A DNA stretch of 64,000 nt, taken from assembly GCA_013239625.1 (NCBI GenBank), contig MU054400.1, positions 2,578,282 through 2,642,281 on the forward strand, written 5' to 3'. Below the pieces are notes generated by a model, which saw only the letters and a list, made by a program, of their open reading frames with translations, was not told the DNA's origin and ran no database searches. Positions 62,991 to 64,000 of this stretch are shown piece by piece; position 1 is the stretch's first letter, and each line of letters starts with the position of its first letter. This stretch comes from Lama guanicoe (lineage: Eukaryota). Position numbers and translations under genes: made by a program.

Positions 62991-63469
62991 CCTCTGCCTT
63001 CCTAACCTAACCAGGTCGCCTGCATGGGTGCCCCTCACACCCTGCAGAGCTACCCCCAGCTCCTGCACCTCTGCTGAAGGAAGACCATGCCTCAGTTTGG
63101 TATCTCTCTGTGATGTGTCTGCCCCTCTGCCTCACCGTCAAATTCTCAGTAGCTGAGAAGTCAGAGGTGGTGTGAGTTGGAACAGGCCTTGGGTCATTTC
63201 ACGGAGAGATTCAGAAATACTCTGCAGCTTGGAACTCCTGATTTGTTCGACTATCCTTTCCAGGTAGGCAGCTGGCCCTTAAAAAATTCACTCCTCCCCT
63301 CTTAGTCTGCACAGTCATCACAAATAAACAGTAAGAGCAAAAGATTTGGGAGACCATTTCTGACATAATGGAAATCGATGTTAAAACAAGATTTGCTTTA
63401 CAAAATTTACTGTATAACCAATTCTTTAGGAATGCTTCTCCCGTAAAGCTAAGTACACCTGTCTGATGG

Positions 63470-63500
63470 AAAAAACAAAAACAAAAACAAAAACAAAAAC
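63470..63500. repeat. (AAAAAC)n simple repeat
   Basis: Direct read. Confidence 0.95.
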
Positions 63501-64000
63501 ACCCTTCAAGTGGACTATTATTACCAAGATCTCTGTGCACAAGCACCACAGTAGGGAGCAGCTGCTGAAATACATGTGAATTTGTATTTGCTGAAAGCTC
63601 CAAGTGATTGTGAGAGAGACATCGCTTACATTTGCTTTGCTCACACAGATGGCGAGAGGTTGTAGCTCTGGGAAGAACTTAGAAGGGTAAATGGAATTCA
63701 TGTGAGATGAGAGCAATTAGGATTTACATGTGACGACACACAAAAAAGGGCAGAGCCGGGGCTGTTGTGTTATTTGATATTATCTGACTTAGCATTTAGC
63801 CAGCACAGGTATTTTTTATAATGTAATGAATGTGCTCTCTTGCCTCCGTATAAACTGGACTCTTGACCCACTGCTTGTAGGATAACAACAGCAGTGGTGT
63901 TTTTAAAGCTGTGACAAAACTCTGCTGACTACTCAAACCTTCCTTCTGCCTTGATTCACTCCCTCCTCTGACCGTCAGAGGTTTGGAATGACTTAGCCTG

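Noticed and set aside
1..64000. The 60-163 aa ORFs in the supplied track as protein-coding genes
   Set aside because: No recognisable domains, many start at non-ATG codons or lie in repeats, and lengths are compatible with chance; only 32119-32307 (L1 ORF2 remnant) is recognisable

Overview
Mammalian non-coding genomic DNA (intergenic or deep intron), almost certainly from a camelid: it carries two Vic-1-type tRNA-derived SINEs and several young cetartiodactyl-type L1 3' ends. I found no credible protein-coding exon, RNA gene, CRISPR array or prokaryotic feature. The only recognisable peptide is a fragment of the L1 ORF2 C-terminus (32119-32307, minus strand). The window is largely a mosaic of transposon relics: L1, L2, MIR, MaLR/ERVL/ERV1 LTRs and hAT/Tigger MITEs. 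Subfamily names come from my recollection of consensus sequences and need RepeatMasker/Dfam confirmation. The best sequence-supported observations are small L1-machinery products: a 55-bp polyadenylated micro-retrocopy with a 17-bp TSD (46091-46179), a poly(A)-only insertion (48343-48389), an A-tailed ~360-bp insert splitting a MER33 (56716-57075) and a fold-back at an L1 5' junction (360-409). There are also several repeat-poor, motif-dense candidate enhancers and CpG-rich patches. I see no evidence for a novel multi-gene biological system, and I cannot identify the host locus.
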